Positions 55,701 to 64,000 of a stretch of 64,000 nt of DNA are shown in pieces; the stretch's first letter is position 1; each line of letters starts with the position of its first letter. The position numbers and the translations under genes are program-made. Below the pieces are notes generated by a model. The model was given only the letters and a program-made list of their open reading frames with translations. It searched no databases and had not been told where the DNA came from. The stretch lies in assembly GCA_002633005.1 (NCBI GenBank), contig NMRA01000003.1, positions 1,792,727 to 1,856,726 of the forward strand, written 5' to 3'. Source of the stretch: Phoronis australis (lineage: Eukaryota > Animalia > Phoronida).

Positions 55701-58700
55701 GCCCAATATCTTTTGTCACTATGCCCAGGGGATGGGTGAAGCTCACTATTCATCAGTGGCATCATGGCAAGATATCCGAAAGGTGATGCAGGAGGGCCTA
55801 GACTCGCACAATGAAGTTAACGTGGCCATGAAGCTGGTGCTCTTTGAAGATGCTATCCGCCATGTTTGTCGTATCAGCCGTATCCTGGAAGCTCCAAGAG
55901 GCTATGCCTTGCTTGTCGGTGTAGGTGGCAGTGGCAAGCAGAGTCTGTCTAAGCTGGCAGCCTACATCAGTGGCATGGAGGTGTTTAGAATCACCATCTC
56001 CAAGTTATACGGCCTGGCTGAGCTGAAGGCTGATATAGCCTCAATGTACTTGAAGGTGGGCCTAAAGAACATCACCATGGTCTTCCTGATTACAGATAGT
56101 CAGATCTCAGATGAGAAGTTCTTGGTACTGGTCAATGACCTGCTCGCATCTGGCATCATTCCAGACTTATTCACCGATGATGAATACGATGGTATAATTA
56201 CCGGTGTTCGTAACGAAGTTCGTGGGCAAGGAATCATGGACACTCCTGAGGCGTGCTGGAATTTCTTCATTGCTAAAGTTAGGCGACATCTCAAGGCAAG
56301 TTGCATGCATGTCCATTTAATAAATTTGTGGCTTATTTTGTGGAATGAGCTTGTCAATTTTGATCTTAATGGAAATGGTTGGAGTGTGTCAAAACTATGC
56401 TCATTTTTCGCGTCCACATGCATAACACAGGCATGCACTACTTGCAAATAGTATGTATATTTTTGTCTAATTGTTAAAAGCCCAAAGTTTCTAGCTGAAG
56501 CCAGCCTCGGTGACGACAAGGCAGGTCCTGACTCAACATTGACATCAGGAAGAATGTTGTTGCTGACCATCTATTGTTATATAAGGGACAGTGTTTAATA
56601 TGTTGTTGCCATTTCTTTCTGTCGTAATCCACAGGTGGTGCTTTGTTTCTCCCCTGTTGGCTCCACACTTAGGGTTCGTGCACGCAAGTTTCCAGCTATT
56701 GTTAACTGCACCAGCATCAACTGGTTTCAGGAGTGGCCACCAGAGGCACTCATATCTGTCAGTGAACTATTCGTCCATGAAATACTCAACTTGCCGGTAA
56801 GAATCATCACTAGTCGATATACTACTAACCATTGTTCAATCCATGTGGTGCCTGACTTTATGTTTTCCCCTGTTCATAAAAGCATAAAATTCCAAAGAAT
56901 AACTCTATTTAGGCTATGTGGCTATTAGTTTGTTTGTGTTCACCTATTCAGGATGAACTAAAGCCATCTGTGGCCAGATTCATGGCCCATGTGCACATGA
57001 CTGTGAACAAGGTCAGTCAGCAGTTCTACCGTAATGAACGGCGTTATAACTACACGACACCCAAGAGTTACCTAGAACAGATCAATCTGTACACACAGCT
57101 GCTGCACCGGAAACACAATGATCTAGTAGCGCAGATGAACAGGCTGGAGAATGGCCTGCAGAAGTTGAAGCAGACTGCAGCTGAGGTAAGTCAACTATAA
57201 ATCGCTTACCCTCAGTAACAGGGTATTGGTCACTGTGACAACTAATGTTACCCTTTTACCATGAACATCACCACAAATGCGTAATATGCTGGGTCTCTCG
57301 CGTTCACCTACTACTATGACGGCCGGAGCTCATTGCAGCAGGCGATGAAAGCTGCCAAAGATACTACTGGGTTTGAGCCCAGCATTCTGCATTGGAGGTC
57401 CAGAACACCTGCCATACAGCTGTCCTGTCTCTTAATACCCATTGCGCTGGGTTGTTGGAAATATGACCGCACTTTTAATATGCTCCAGTTGTCTATAAAT
57501 TACCAACATTTTTTTCATATTGACTTACTAGAAACTAAAAGAAATATTTTTCATCTGTATTACTCACTCTGTTACTGGTGTTTGATTTTTTGTCGGAAGG
57601 CATGGCATGAAGGTGGATCTGCTTAATGCAATAATTTTTTATGCGTGTGTTCTGAGATGGCACAACTCTGAGGAGTTCATTCTGTAATCAGCTTCTGCAG
57701 TCTTCATCATGTCAAAAACCAGTGCGTTCCTTTGGACTGTCCTGTTCAATAGTTTACAACTTGCAATGCGCAAGTAAAACCAATTAATGTAGATGTAAGT
57801 CTTGTCACAACCTAGGTTGACAGAATGAAAGACAAGTTGAAGGCACAAGAGACGGAGCTGGAGTACAAGAATGAGGCCGCCAACAAACTTATCACTGTGG
57901 TTGGCGTGGAAACTGAGAAAGTAGCCAAAGAAAAAGCTGTTGCAGATGAAGAAGAAGCTAAGGTGAACTTGATTAACATAGAGGTGAGCAAGAAGCAGCG
58001 GGACTGTGAGCAGGATCTGGCCATGGCAGAGCCGGCATTGTTAGCTGCTCAAGAGGCTCTCAATACATTGAACAAGGTAAGGCTAGCTAGGATGTCATAC
58101 AGTAATAATGATTGTATTTGTAGGAGATATATTATGTGCGCTTTGCAACACAGATACATGCTTAGCACATTACAGCCCAAATATGTTATGAAAAATCATG
58201 AGGATAATGACAAAGTGCGCTATGGAGCAGTGGACCTTACTCATGGGTCTAGCATTATGGTCTTTAGATTGTAAGTCGGCAACTCTATTACTAGGCCACA
58301 CTGCCTCCATAAACAAAGACAGCCTTGCAGTTGTCAACAATATCGTATTGTCTTATCTTTTGTTTATTTTTGGATCGCTTGTGTTTTGTTATAAACTGTG
58401 GTCAAACCTTGACCTCATCAAGAATTATAGCAGTTTTGTTGTATCATTCCTAATCTTAAGGGTAACCTGACTGAGCTGAGGTCGTTTGGCCAGCCTCCAC
58501 AGCCTGTTGTCAATGTAGCGTCAGCCGTCCTGTGTTTGCTAGCTCCTAATGGAAGGATACCTAAGGACAAGACATGGAAGTCCTGCAAAATGCTGATGGC
58601 TAAGGTAAGTCTTTATATTATTGTTAAAGTGGTTTTTTGCCTTAAAGGCATTTTTTCAAACAGGTACAATATTTAACATATTGTTTTAAATTATTTCTTT

Positions 58701-61700
58701 ACTTTTCATCGCATCCCTTAATATTTCTCAAAATGCATTATAGTCGGTGGGCCAGATCTCATAGCGTTCATCCTTGTGAGTACTAGTTTTTTCTATGTGG
58801 CTAGATAATATACCTATAAATCAAATTCCAAAAAGTTCCCACGTCTACACTTGCACATTTTTTTAAAAAAAGGTGTTTTTGCACAAAATATGATGCACAT
58901 TCCTGCCACTTGATGGCGCTTTTCTATTGAATTGACCAATCAGAGAGCCAGATTGTATTGTTGTGCTTAGTTACTTCAATATGGCTGCTCCCATCGAGTG
59001 TGATGCCTGTATAATTCAAGGTTTATCAAACAGCACAAAATTGTGATGTCAGAGCCTAAAGAAGCTTAGGAAAGCTTCCTGACTAAAGCTGATTGACTGT
59101 GGAACTCTGTAGATCAGTAGATCAAAAAGAAAAAGAGGTGTCACAAACGTTTGTGCAGAAAACAGCTGCATGTCCTGGTAGCCTACACAGTATACTGCTG
59201 AGTGCCGTGGACTAGAAGACCAAGTGTCAGACCAAAGAATTGAAAGGACATAGAACGGCATAGCAACGTTTCAAGGCACCAACAGTAGTACTAAAGCTGA
59301 AGTTGCTGAAAGTGATACAGATGTTATCCAAGATTTCCCAAGAAAATCAATTATACTTCCAAAATCTTGAACTAACCTGAACAAGATAGGAACATTCTGA
59401 AACATGAGTGCATCATTTGTTAGCAGGAAAGTACATTATGGGCCACATTTCAAGAAAGAGAAAGAAGTATAGCTTTCAAAAACAGGTACGTGTTTTTAAA
59501 AATACATCTTACTGTTTTCCATGTGTGTTTCAGTATTATCACCAGTTGTTTTTTAACTTGTTCTGCCCCTTGGCTGCCTAGGCCTTAGACAATACTGCTG
59601 ACCCAGTAGAGACGGTGATCATACCATAGGTACTTCATATGCCGGATACTTTTCGGCAAATTATGTTCCTATAAATTTAGAAGTACCGCGTAGAGAGATG
59701 CCTCTGAGGAGGTCGTTAATGTTTTCATTTGTTCCCAGTTTAAACAAATACTCCTGCAATCGAACACTCCATTCAGTTGCCACATCGACACTGCTTGCGC
59801 TAAGGGATAATCCTATGGCGTTATANNNNNNNNNNNNNNNNNNNNNNNNNNNNNNNNNNNACTAAGCTCTTTGGTGATTATTAGGTAACTTCAAACTCAA
59901 ATTTCTCAAAAATGTGCAACTTTATTTGTGGGAACTTTTTAGATTTTGAAAACACTCTAATAAATGAATTAAAAAACACCAAAATAAAATTGCCCACCTA
60001 AAGTACTCACAAAAACCATTTTCTAGAGGCCCTACAAAATCTGGCCCACCGACTATTAGTTGTGCGCCCCTATTATTTGGAACTATTTCCTGTGGCATTG
60101 TCATGGTGATAGGAGCAGTAATTTGCCTAAGGTTTGTAACACGTAATTTTGGTCTTTCCCATTCAGGACTGTAGACTAAGGGTACGAAGATTAATCGAAT
60201 TCTAGCCAAATCGCTATGCGGGGTGACCGATTTTGACCTTGATATACCATGGCCCGTTTTGAATCAATTCTTTGTCCCAAGTTTTGGCATTAAATTGTCT
60301 TACAAAGTTACGACATATGCGTATCTTTTGAAGAGTATTATTGCGATACTGGACAATTAAATAACTCAGAATCATTCCTTATTTGCAATTTTATATTTGA
60401 CAATAATTTCAACTTTTTGAAAAGTTAATACAATTTTTATTATTACCGGTATTGTATCGCCACAAGTTTTCAAACAAAAATGGCTTTGTGGTAGTACCTC
60501 TTCAGAGTCTCACCTTCAGCATGGAAGGATGATTTGAGAGAAAAAAGATTTAATTTGACGAGAAACGAATCAAAAATAAATTCTGCAAGGTTGTGCTCAG
60601 TTGGGGAAACTCACAAGTGGGCTGTTGCTTGGCAAATCTTTATCGGCTATATTCAGGCCTCATCAATTTCAATTTTTTTATTTTCCTTCAAAAAACAAAG
60701 GTATCATTAGTCAAAAATAAAGACTTAGGGCTTTGATGGTTGGTATTTCAGCTCTTTGAAGATGAATACAAACATCCGCGATGCTTCTCTCTGCATATAG
60801 ACTGCAAAAAATATATATTTCAACCACAAAATCACCTGTAGTTCATTGTTTAAAATTCATGATCAAAGTAAAAATGACACTTCTCACAAAAAATGGTGAC
60901 CGTAGTTATGAAAGGTTGTGTGTTTTTTAAGGCGTGGAATATTAATCACTGACCGACTAGATTCCCGCATCAATTGTCTTAGATGTAAGATGAGATTCAC
61001 TACTTGAACACTTTGGTGGCACTGCAAAAAATAACTGTTGTGCGTTGTCTCGTTTTAACATCAATTTTTAAAACTCAAACATGAATTAGCGTGCATGTTC
61101 CATACATGCACATCCATGGTGTAGCTTGGACACAACACACACAACACCTCGTTTTCAAGCATAATGGCGAATTTATGTACAAGTAGTGAATACAGAAAGG
61201 GGTTGCAGACTTTGATCTCTGTTCAAGTTGGAGCATCTGGTCTTGCTGCAGATGACCTTCTTAACTTTGCATGAATACTGCCCTGTGTGTACGACCTGAT
61301 CTTTTACCCAGGTCAACCTGACACAGGAAATCCAGTCTGTGAATAGGACTCTTATGCGAGGAGGCAGTGTGGCCTAGTGTGATAGGTTCGTGTTGTCTTT
61401 ACTCAAGATATGGGTTCGAGATCCACTGGGCCACGCTGCCGGACCCTTGTGTCAGCTTTTGTGCTCCTCGGTTGTATAAATAATAATTAAGCACAAATTT
61501 AAAATGGTTAAGTGCAATGGGCCCACATGCACGACTTGCGCACACCTGGTACAACGTGTACCAGACTGCTTTCAATTTACTCTTAGAGTGAGGGTGGAAA
61601 CGTCTGACAGTTTGAACAAAATGGCTTCCCCTAACAAAGTAAAATTACCTCGCGCAGTTGAAAAGTTTATCTGATGAAGCATGGAATGATATCATATTTA

Positions 61701-64000
61701 CCTTGTGATTGGCTACTCTCGTTAACAGTAATTAAATTTCTTAAATAACTTTAAGGATTATCAGTTCACTGATAAGACTACTTATTTTTAAAATCATTGA
61801 TGATTGCATAATTTTGATAATTATGTTCATAGAGGTAATCCCCAGAGGTTCGTAATCTTTTTTCTAAGATTAATTATTTCTGAATAGGAGATTGCTGAAT
61901 TTTCTACAAACCTGAATTTCTTTACACGAAGCTTGCTACAAGAGCTCAGGTTTCAAAAATCAATACTTTTCAAGGAATGTTGCTGTCTTCATTTTTACAG
62001 CAGAATTCTTAGGTAAAAAGGACTTACAAAATTGCAGACACGTTTTGATCCTAATAGAATAAAGAACAAATTCTAATTGGTGGTATTTAACAGCAAACTC
62101 TGAAAAATCGAGATTTCTTAGAAAAAAGGCAGTCCCGTGATTACGAACATATTGGCATTGTTTTGGACAAATTATAATTTTGAAATCATCAAAGATTTGT
62201 ATTAGTTTGGTGGATTAATCATTAATTCTTAAAAATTATTTAAAATTGTTCCTTGATATCAAAAGTAGTCAATTACCATGAATTGTGCTGCATACAGTAA
62301 TCAATGGTCAAATGTCTTCAAGTATCTTTGATTTCTACCCATGATTCCTTGTTTTTGTTGAAGCGTTGATTAGCACAAGCACATTTTGAGCTTGAAAATG
62401 ATGTCGGTGTTTGTAGTCGGATGGGTTTTTTTTCCGTTCACTTTTTTCATTAAGATCACATCTTCCACAGATGATAATCTGGTCCCAGTTGTATGAAAGT
62501 AATACACCATATAGCAATAATGACGTCACATTATCGTTCGCCACGTTGTTATTGTTGAACAATGCACCTGACGTCGTGCAACAATCAAACTTGTCCAGCG
62601 GATAATTGTGAAGTTTTATGCAACCCAGCCCTGATCTGGTTTTAGTTAGACAGTACATTGATAATGAAACTTGAACCCATGGGTGGGTTTCATATTAGGG
62701 GTCTCAACGTTATTAAACCTGTCTAAAATCTGTGCCAACTCTTTTTTCAGCTGGATACTTTCCTAGATTCACTGATAACCTATGACAAGGAAAACATCCA
62801 CGAGAATTGCTTGAAAGCTGTCCAGCCCTATTTGAAGGATTCCAACTTTAACCCTGATCTCATTCGCACCAAGTCATTCGCTGCAGCAGGCCTTTGTGCA
62901 TGGGTTATCAACATTGTCAAGTTCTACCAGGTGTTCTGCATGGTGGAGCCTAAACGTCAGGCACTAGCCGCAGCTAATGCAGAGTTAGAGGCTGCCCAGG
63001 AGAAGTTACGGCTAATCACAAACAAGATTTCACAGTTGGAAGAGACCTTGGGAAAATTGACGAGTGAATTTGAAAATGCCACTGCGGAAAAAATGCATTG
63101 CCAAGAAGAGGCTGATGCCACTAATAACACCATTAACCTGGCCAATAGATTAGTAGGGGGACTGTCTTCAGAGAAAGTGCGCTGGAGTGAAGCGGTCAGC
63201 ATGTTCAAGATCCAAGAATCAACCCTGCCTGGTGACATTCTTCTGGCTTCTGCATGCCTCTCTTACTGTGGTTGTTTCACACGAAACTACCGTCAGTCTT
63301 TGATGGAACAGCATTGGTTGCCTTACTTACAGGAGTTGACTGTGCCCATACCTATCACTGAGGGTATTGATCCCCTCTCACTGCTGGCTGATGATGCTGA
63401 CCGTGCTGTGTGGAACAATGAAGGCCTGCCTAGTGACAGGATGTCTTTTGAAAATGCCACCATTCTAACGAATGCCATACGATGGCCATTGCTGATTGAT
63501 CCTCAGCTGCAGGGAATCAAGTGGATAAAGAACAAGTATGGTTCTGATCTGAGGGTGATTCGCCTTGGGCAGCGTAACGCTCTGGACATTATAGAGGCTG
63601 CTGTAACTGGTGGTGAGGTGGTGCTGATTGAGAACCTTGGCGAGACCATAGACTCTGTACTGGACAATGTGGTGGGCCGTAACACTGTCAAGAAAGGTCG
63701 CGCGATAAAGATCGGGGATAAAGATGTGGAATACAACAAGGACTTCCAGCTCTTACTGCATACCAAGTTAGCTAACCCTCATTACAAGCCAGAGATCCAG
63801 GCTCAGACAACTCTGATCAACTTCACCGTGACCAAGGCTGGTCTGGAAGAGCAGCTTCTTGCTGGTGTGGTGTCCAAGGAACGTCCAGACCTTGAGGAGC
63901 TGAAGCTGGAGTTGACCCACCAACAGAACCACTTCAAGATCACACTAAAGGAACTGGAGGATTCACTGCTGGCACGGCTCTCATCAGCTGATGGCAACTT
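25386..64000 (+). CDS. DNAH9/DNAH17-like: Outer-arm axonemal dynein beta heavy chain (DNAH9/11/17 family; 'dynein beta chain, ciliary'), 3'-truncated by the window
   Basis: 43 exons with fully consistent phases (~10.9 kb, ~3635 codons). Tail motifs WPHVVSQDV and GKTLLPLP. Linker [31 protein letters not shown]1 GPAGTGKT and CFDEFNR; AAA2 GTAGTGKS; AAA3 GNAGTGKT; AAA4 GVGGSGKQ. Stalk/MTBD, then AAA5 WNNEGLPSD...RWPLLIDPQ. Confidence 0.96.
27086..27511. mobile_element. Degenerate MITE, ~425 bp, in dynein intron 1
   Basis: Left TTGCATGAAA..AGTCCCAAATGGGGACTCAA; right TTGAGTCCTTATTTGGACTGTTTCATGCAA (imperfect inverted match). Confidence 0.55.
27762..27967 (+). CDS. Dynein HC exon 2
   Basis: LIFPLL...WPHVVSQDV...GKTLLPLP. 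Confidence 0.9.
28532..28724 (+). CDS. Dynein HC exon 3
   Basis: [12 protein letters not shown]...EIDFWKNR. Confidence 0.9.
29055..29154 (+). CDS. Dynein HC exon 4
   Basis: LKNDRVKKM...SSYFPAF; not in the ORF track. Confidence 0.88.
29461..29516 (+). repeat. 16-bp tandem repeat (GACTAAATAGTAAGTG) x~3.5
   Basis: Direct reading. Confidence 0.8.
29636..29847 (+). CDS. Dynein HC exon 5
   Basis: [11 protein letters not shown]...[10 protein letters not shown]. Confidence 0.9.
30571..30846 (+). CDS. Dynein HC exon 6
   Basis: [14 protein letters not shown]...[14 protein letters not shown]. Confidence 0.9.
31259..31671. mobile_element. Possible hAT-like MITE
   Basis: Termini TAGAGACCC and GGGTCTCTG, repeated AATTCCG motifs inside; no TSD seen. 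Confidence 0.35.
32021..32188 (+). CDS. Dynein HC exon 7
   Basis: [19 protein letters not shown]. Confidence 0.9.
32883..32999 (+). CDS. Dynein HC exon 8
   Basis: EFESDY...[12 protein letters not shown]. Confidence 0.9.
33375..33640 (+). CDS. Dynein HC exon 9
   Basis: [18 protein letters not shown]. Confidence 0.9.
34085..34385 (+). repeat. 59-bp tandem repeat (~4.5 copies) made of two related ~30-bp halves
   Basis: GTAC(C/A)TAAATGTT recurs at 34123, 34182, 34241 and 34300. Confidence 0.9.
34625..35805 (+). mobile_element. Dispersed ~1.2 kb repeat, copy 2, in dynein intron 9
   Basis: Same shared blocks and order as 2820-4155. Confidence 0.75.
35941..36009 (+). CDS. Dynein HC exon 10
   Basis: [22 protein letters not shown]; phase 2-2. 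Confidence 0.85.
36205..37516 (+). mobile_element. Helentron-associated (HINE/DINE-1/Pearl-like) non-autonomous element, copy A, in dynein intron 10
   Basis: Degenerate 5' end TTTTTATGCG..ACATATTTATAT; eight ~150-bp core units; 3' GTGGGCGCC, hairpin AACGC-TCT-GCGTT, then CTCTTGTT. Confidence 0.7.
37634..37760 (+). CDS. Dynein HC exon 11
   Basis: FEDTEYSAW...NLNLPLLTR...LNFNPA. Confidence 0.88.
38056..39091 (+). mobile_element. HINE-like non-autonomous element, copy B, in dynein intron 11
   Basis: 5' subTIR ATGCGCCCAC (38063) inside the hairpin TGCGCCCACATA-TTTA-TATGTGGACGCA, then a CCGTCCGTCC microsatellite and core repeats. 3' subTIR GTGGGCGCAT (39058), stem-loop CAATGC-TCT-GCATTG, then CTCTTGT. 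Confidence 0.78.
39872..40127 (+). CDS. Dynein HC exon 12
   Basis: [11 protein letters not shown]...WYNKIR. Confidence 0.9.
40246..40490 (+). CDS. Dynein HC exon 13
   Basis: WEYIQKTR...LLNLDDK. Confidence 0.9.
40649..40984 (+). CDS. Dynein HC exon 14
   Basis: ENRQLL...VFVPSLD. Confidence 0.9.
41121..41363 (+). CDS. Dynein HC exon 15
   Basis: YAYLWLDNR...[10 protein letters not shown]. Confidence 0.9.
41709..41878 (+). CDS. Dynein HC exon 16
   Basis: IDHFEYLY...[11 protein letters not shown]; not in the ORF track. Confidence 0.88.
42077..42299 (+). CDS. Dynein HC exon 17
   Basis: EGDYDGLV...MFEPLKQ. Confidence 0.9.
42529..42732 (+). CDS. Dynein HC exon 18
   Basis: ELPERWN...APLQATEV. Confidence 0.9.
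42945..43346 (+). CDS. Dynein HC exon 19
   Basis: [10 protein letters not shown]...[12 protein letters not shown]. Confidence 0.92.
43853..44098 (+). CDS. Dynein HC exon 20
   Basis: [13 protein letters not shown]...ETLEDNQ. Confidence 0.92.
44621..44845 (+). CDS. Dynein HC exon 21
   Basis: [18 protein letters not shown]. Confidence 0.93.
44906..45475. mobile_element. PIF/Harbinger-like (Tourist-type) MITE, 570 bp
   Basis: ~40-bp TIRs GGGCTGTTCCAGTAAAATCTGTATGGGAGGGGGGGAAGGCA with 2 mismatches; flanks TAA and TAG. Confidence 0.82.
45575..45793 (+). CDS. Dynein HC exon 22
   Basis: [23 protein letters not shown]. Confidence 0.93.
45919..46071 (+). CDS. Dynein HC exon 23
   Basis: HLSKLFDSL...MYSKDGE. 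Confidence 0.9.
46278..46511 (+). CDS. Dynein HC exon 24
   Basis: VEVWLNR...WIFDYPAQV. Confidence 0.92.
46736..47093 (+). CDS. Dynein HC exon 25 (start of AAA1)
   Basis: [19 protein letters not shown]...GAPAGPA. Confidence 0.94.
47263..47354 (+). CDS. Dynein HC exon 26
   Basis: [12 protein letters not shown]...[11 protein letters not shown]. Confidence 0.93.
47772..48277. mobile_element. TTAA-flanked non-autonomous DNA element (Kolobok-like), 506 bp
   Basis: TTAA|GGTTATGTAGAAC ... GTCCTACGTATAACC|TTAA; related copies at ~52008-52440 and ~54850-55090. Confidence 0.7.
48360..48622 (+). CDS. Dynein HC exon 27
   Basis: [12 protein letters not shown]...[16 protein letters not shown]. Confidence 0.94.
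48784..49015 (+). CDS. Dynein HC exon 28
   Basis: [18 protein letters not shown]. Confidence 0.94.
49171..49365 (+). CDS. Dynein HC exon 29
   Basis: [14 protein letters not shown]. Confidence 0.93.
50530..50740 (+). CDS. Dynein HC exon 30 (AAA2 P-loop)
   Basis: [16 protein letters not shown]. Confidence 0.94.
51584..51860 (+). CDS. Dynein HC exon 31
   Basis: [24 protein letters not shown]. Confidence 0.94.
52008..52440. mobile_element. Second copy of the TTAA-flanked family
   Basis: Shares CCTGAAAGTTTCACATGAATCTGATC and TAATTGGGTC with 47772-48277. Confidence 0.6.
52515..52797 (+). CDS. Dynein HC exon 32
   Basis: [15 protein letters not shown]. Confidence 0.93.
53176..53349 (+). CDS. Dynein HC exon 33
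   Basis: [18 protein letters not shown]. Confidence 0.93.
53536..53844 (+). CDS. Dynein HC exon 34 (AAA3 P-loop)
   Basis: [12 protein letters not shown]...[10 protein letters not shown]. Confidence 0.94.
53943..54110 (+). CDS. Dynein HC exon 35
   Basis: [12 protein letters not shown]...MNPTAGSF. Confidence 0.93.
54445..54684 (+). CDS. Dynein HC exon 36
   Basis: [20 protein letters not shown]. Confidence 0.93.
55239..55400 (+). CDS. Dynein HC exon 37
   Basis: [17 protein letters not shown]. Confidence 0.9.
55675..56295 (+). CDS. Dynein HC exon 38 (AAA4 P-loop; GC donor)
   Basis: [13 protein letters not shown]; ends RRHLK|GCAAGT. Confidence 0.92.
56635..56796 (+). CDS. Dynein HC exon 39
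   Basis: [21 protein letters not shown]. Confidence 0.93.
56952..57185 (+). CDS. Dynein HC exon 40
   Basis: [14 protein letters not shown]...RLENGLQKL. Confidence 0.93.
57330..57432 (-). mobile_element. Degenerate tRNA-derived SINE head
   Basis: Minus strand has an A-box-like AGCTGTATGGCAGG and a B-box-like GGGCTCAAACCC. Confidence 0.4.
57816..58076 (+). CDS. Dynein HC exon 41 (stalk CC1)
   Basis: [21 protein letters not shown]. Confidence 0.93.
58461..58604 (+). CDS. Dynein HC exon 42 (microtubule-binding domain)
   Basis: [13 protein letters not shown]...IPKDKTWK; not in the ORF track. Confidence 0.9.
58741..60055. mobile_element. DNA transposon with perfect 17-bp TIRs and a TTA target-site duplication, spanning an assembly gap
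   Basis: TTA|TAGTCGGTGGGCCAGAT ... ATCTGGCCCACCGACTA|TTA. Confidence 0.85.
59826..59860. other. Assembly gap (35 N)
   Basis: Run of N. Confidence 1.
61360..61560 (+). mobile_element. tRNA-derived SINE (degenerate)
   Basis: A-box TGGCCTAGTGTG and B-box GGTTCGAGATCC (61413-61424); no cloverleaf; 3' end approximate. Confidence 0.6.
61700..62285. repeat. Foldback-like element with ~200-bp degenerate inverted arms
   Basis: Inverted pairs in mirrored order: TTCGTAATC/GATTACGAA, TTTTTTCTAAGA/TCTTAGAAAAAA, ATTGGCTACT/AGTAGTCAAT. Confidence 0.6.
62751..64000 (+). CDS. Dynein HC exon 43 (>=1250 bp; MTBD end, stalk CC2, AAA5), runs off the window
   Basis: TTTTTTCAG acceptor. Open frame [16 protein letters not shown]...AAAGLCAWV...[12 protein letters not shown]...[13 protein letters not shown] to the window end. 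Missing from the ORF track because it has no stop. Confidence 0.93.
   Translation, partial: MDTFLDSLITYDKENIHENCLKAVQPYLKDSNFNPDLIRTKSFAAAGLCAWVINIVKFYQVFCMVEPKRQALAAANAELEAAQEKLRLITNKISQLEETLGKLTSEFENATAEKMHCQEEADATNNTINLANRLVGGLSSEKVRWSEAVSMFKIQESTLPGDILLASACLSYCGCFTRNYRQSLMEQHWLPYLQELTVPIPITEGIDPLSLLADDADRAVWNNEGLPSDRMSFENATILTNAIRWPLLIDPQLQGIKWIKNKYGSDLRVIRLGQRNALDIIEAAVTGGEVVLIENLGETIDSVLDNVVGRNTVKKGRAIKIGDKDVEYNKDFQLLLHTKLANPHYKPEIQAQTTLINFTVTKAGLEEQLLAGVVSKERPDLEELKLELTHQQNHFKITLKELEDSLLARLSSADGN

Noticed and set aside
61360-61440. tRNA gene
   Set aside because: A and B boxes are present but there is no proper acceptor or anticodon stem; better explained as a SINE head
40156-63997. 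Many minus-strand ORFs overlapping dynein exons (e.g. 42146-42556, 56100-56570, 62957-63238, 63503-63766)
   Set aside because: Antisense shadows of coding exons, with no independent splice structure or motifs

Overview
AT-rich, intron-containing animal genomic DNA, probably a marine invertebrate; the taxon cannot be fixed from the sequence. There are two protein-coding genes, arranged head-to-head with start codons 596 bp apart. On the minus strand is a complete 9-exon F-box gene, FBXO16-like (24789->18085, about 413 aa). On the plus strand is an outer-arm axonemal dynein beta heavy chain (DNAH9/11/17 family), with 43 phase-consistent coding exons (about 3635 codons) from 25386 running off the window end; intron 38 is GC-AG. 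The left 18 kb has no supportable gene. It holds a 1.5-kb tandem duplication joined by a single N (likely two haplotypes), a 24-bp minisatellite, a BEL/Pao integrase relic, MITEs and RFX X-box motifs. The dynein introns carry many non-autonomous elements. The most notable are two Helentron/HINE-like elements whose ~150-bp core repeats each carry a CTCF-like motif in the same orientation. All calls were made by eye, with no database searches. I see no evidence for a wholly novel protein system.
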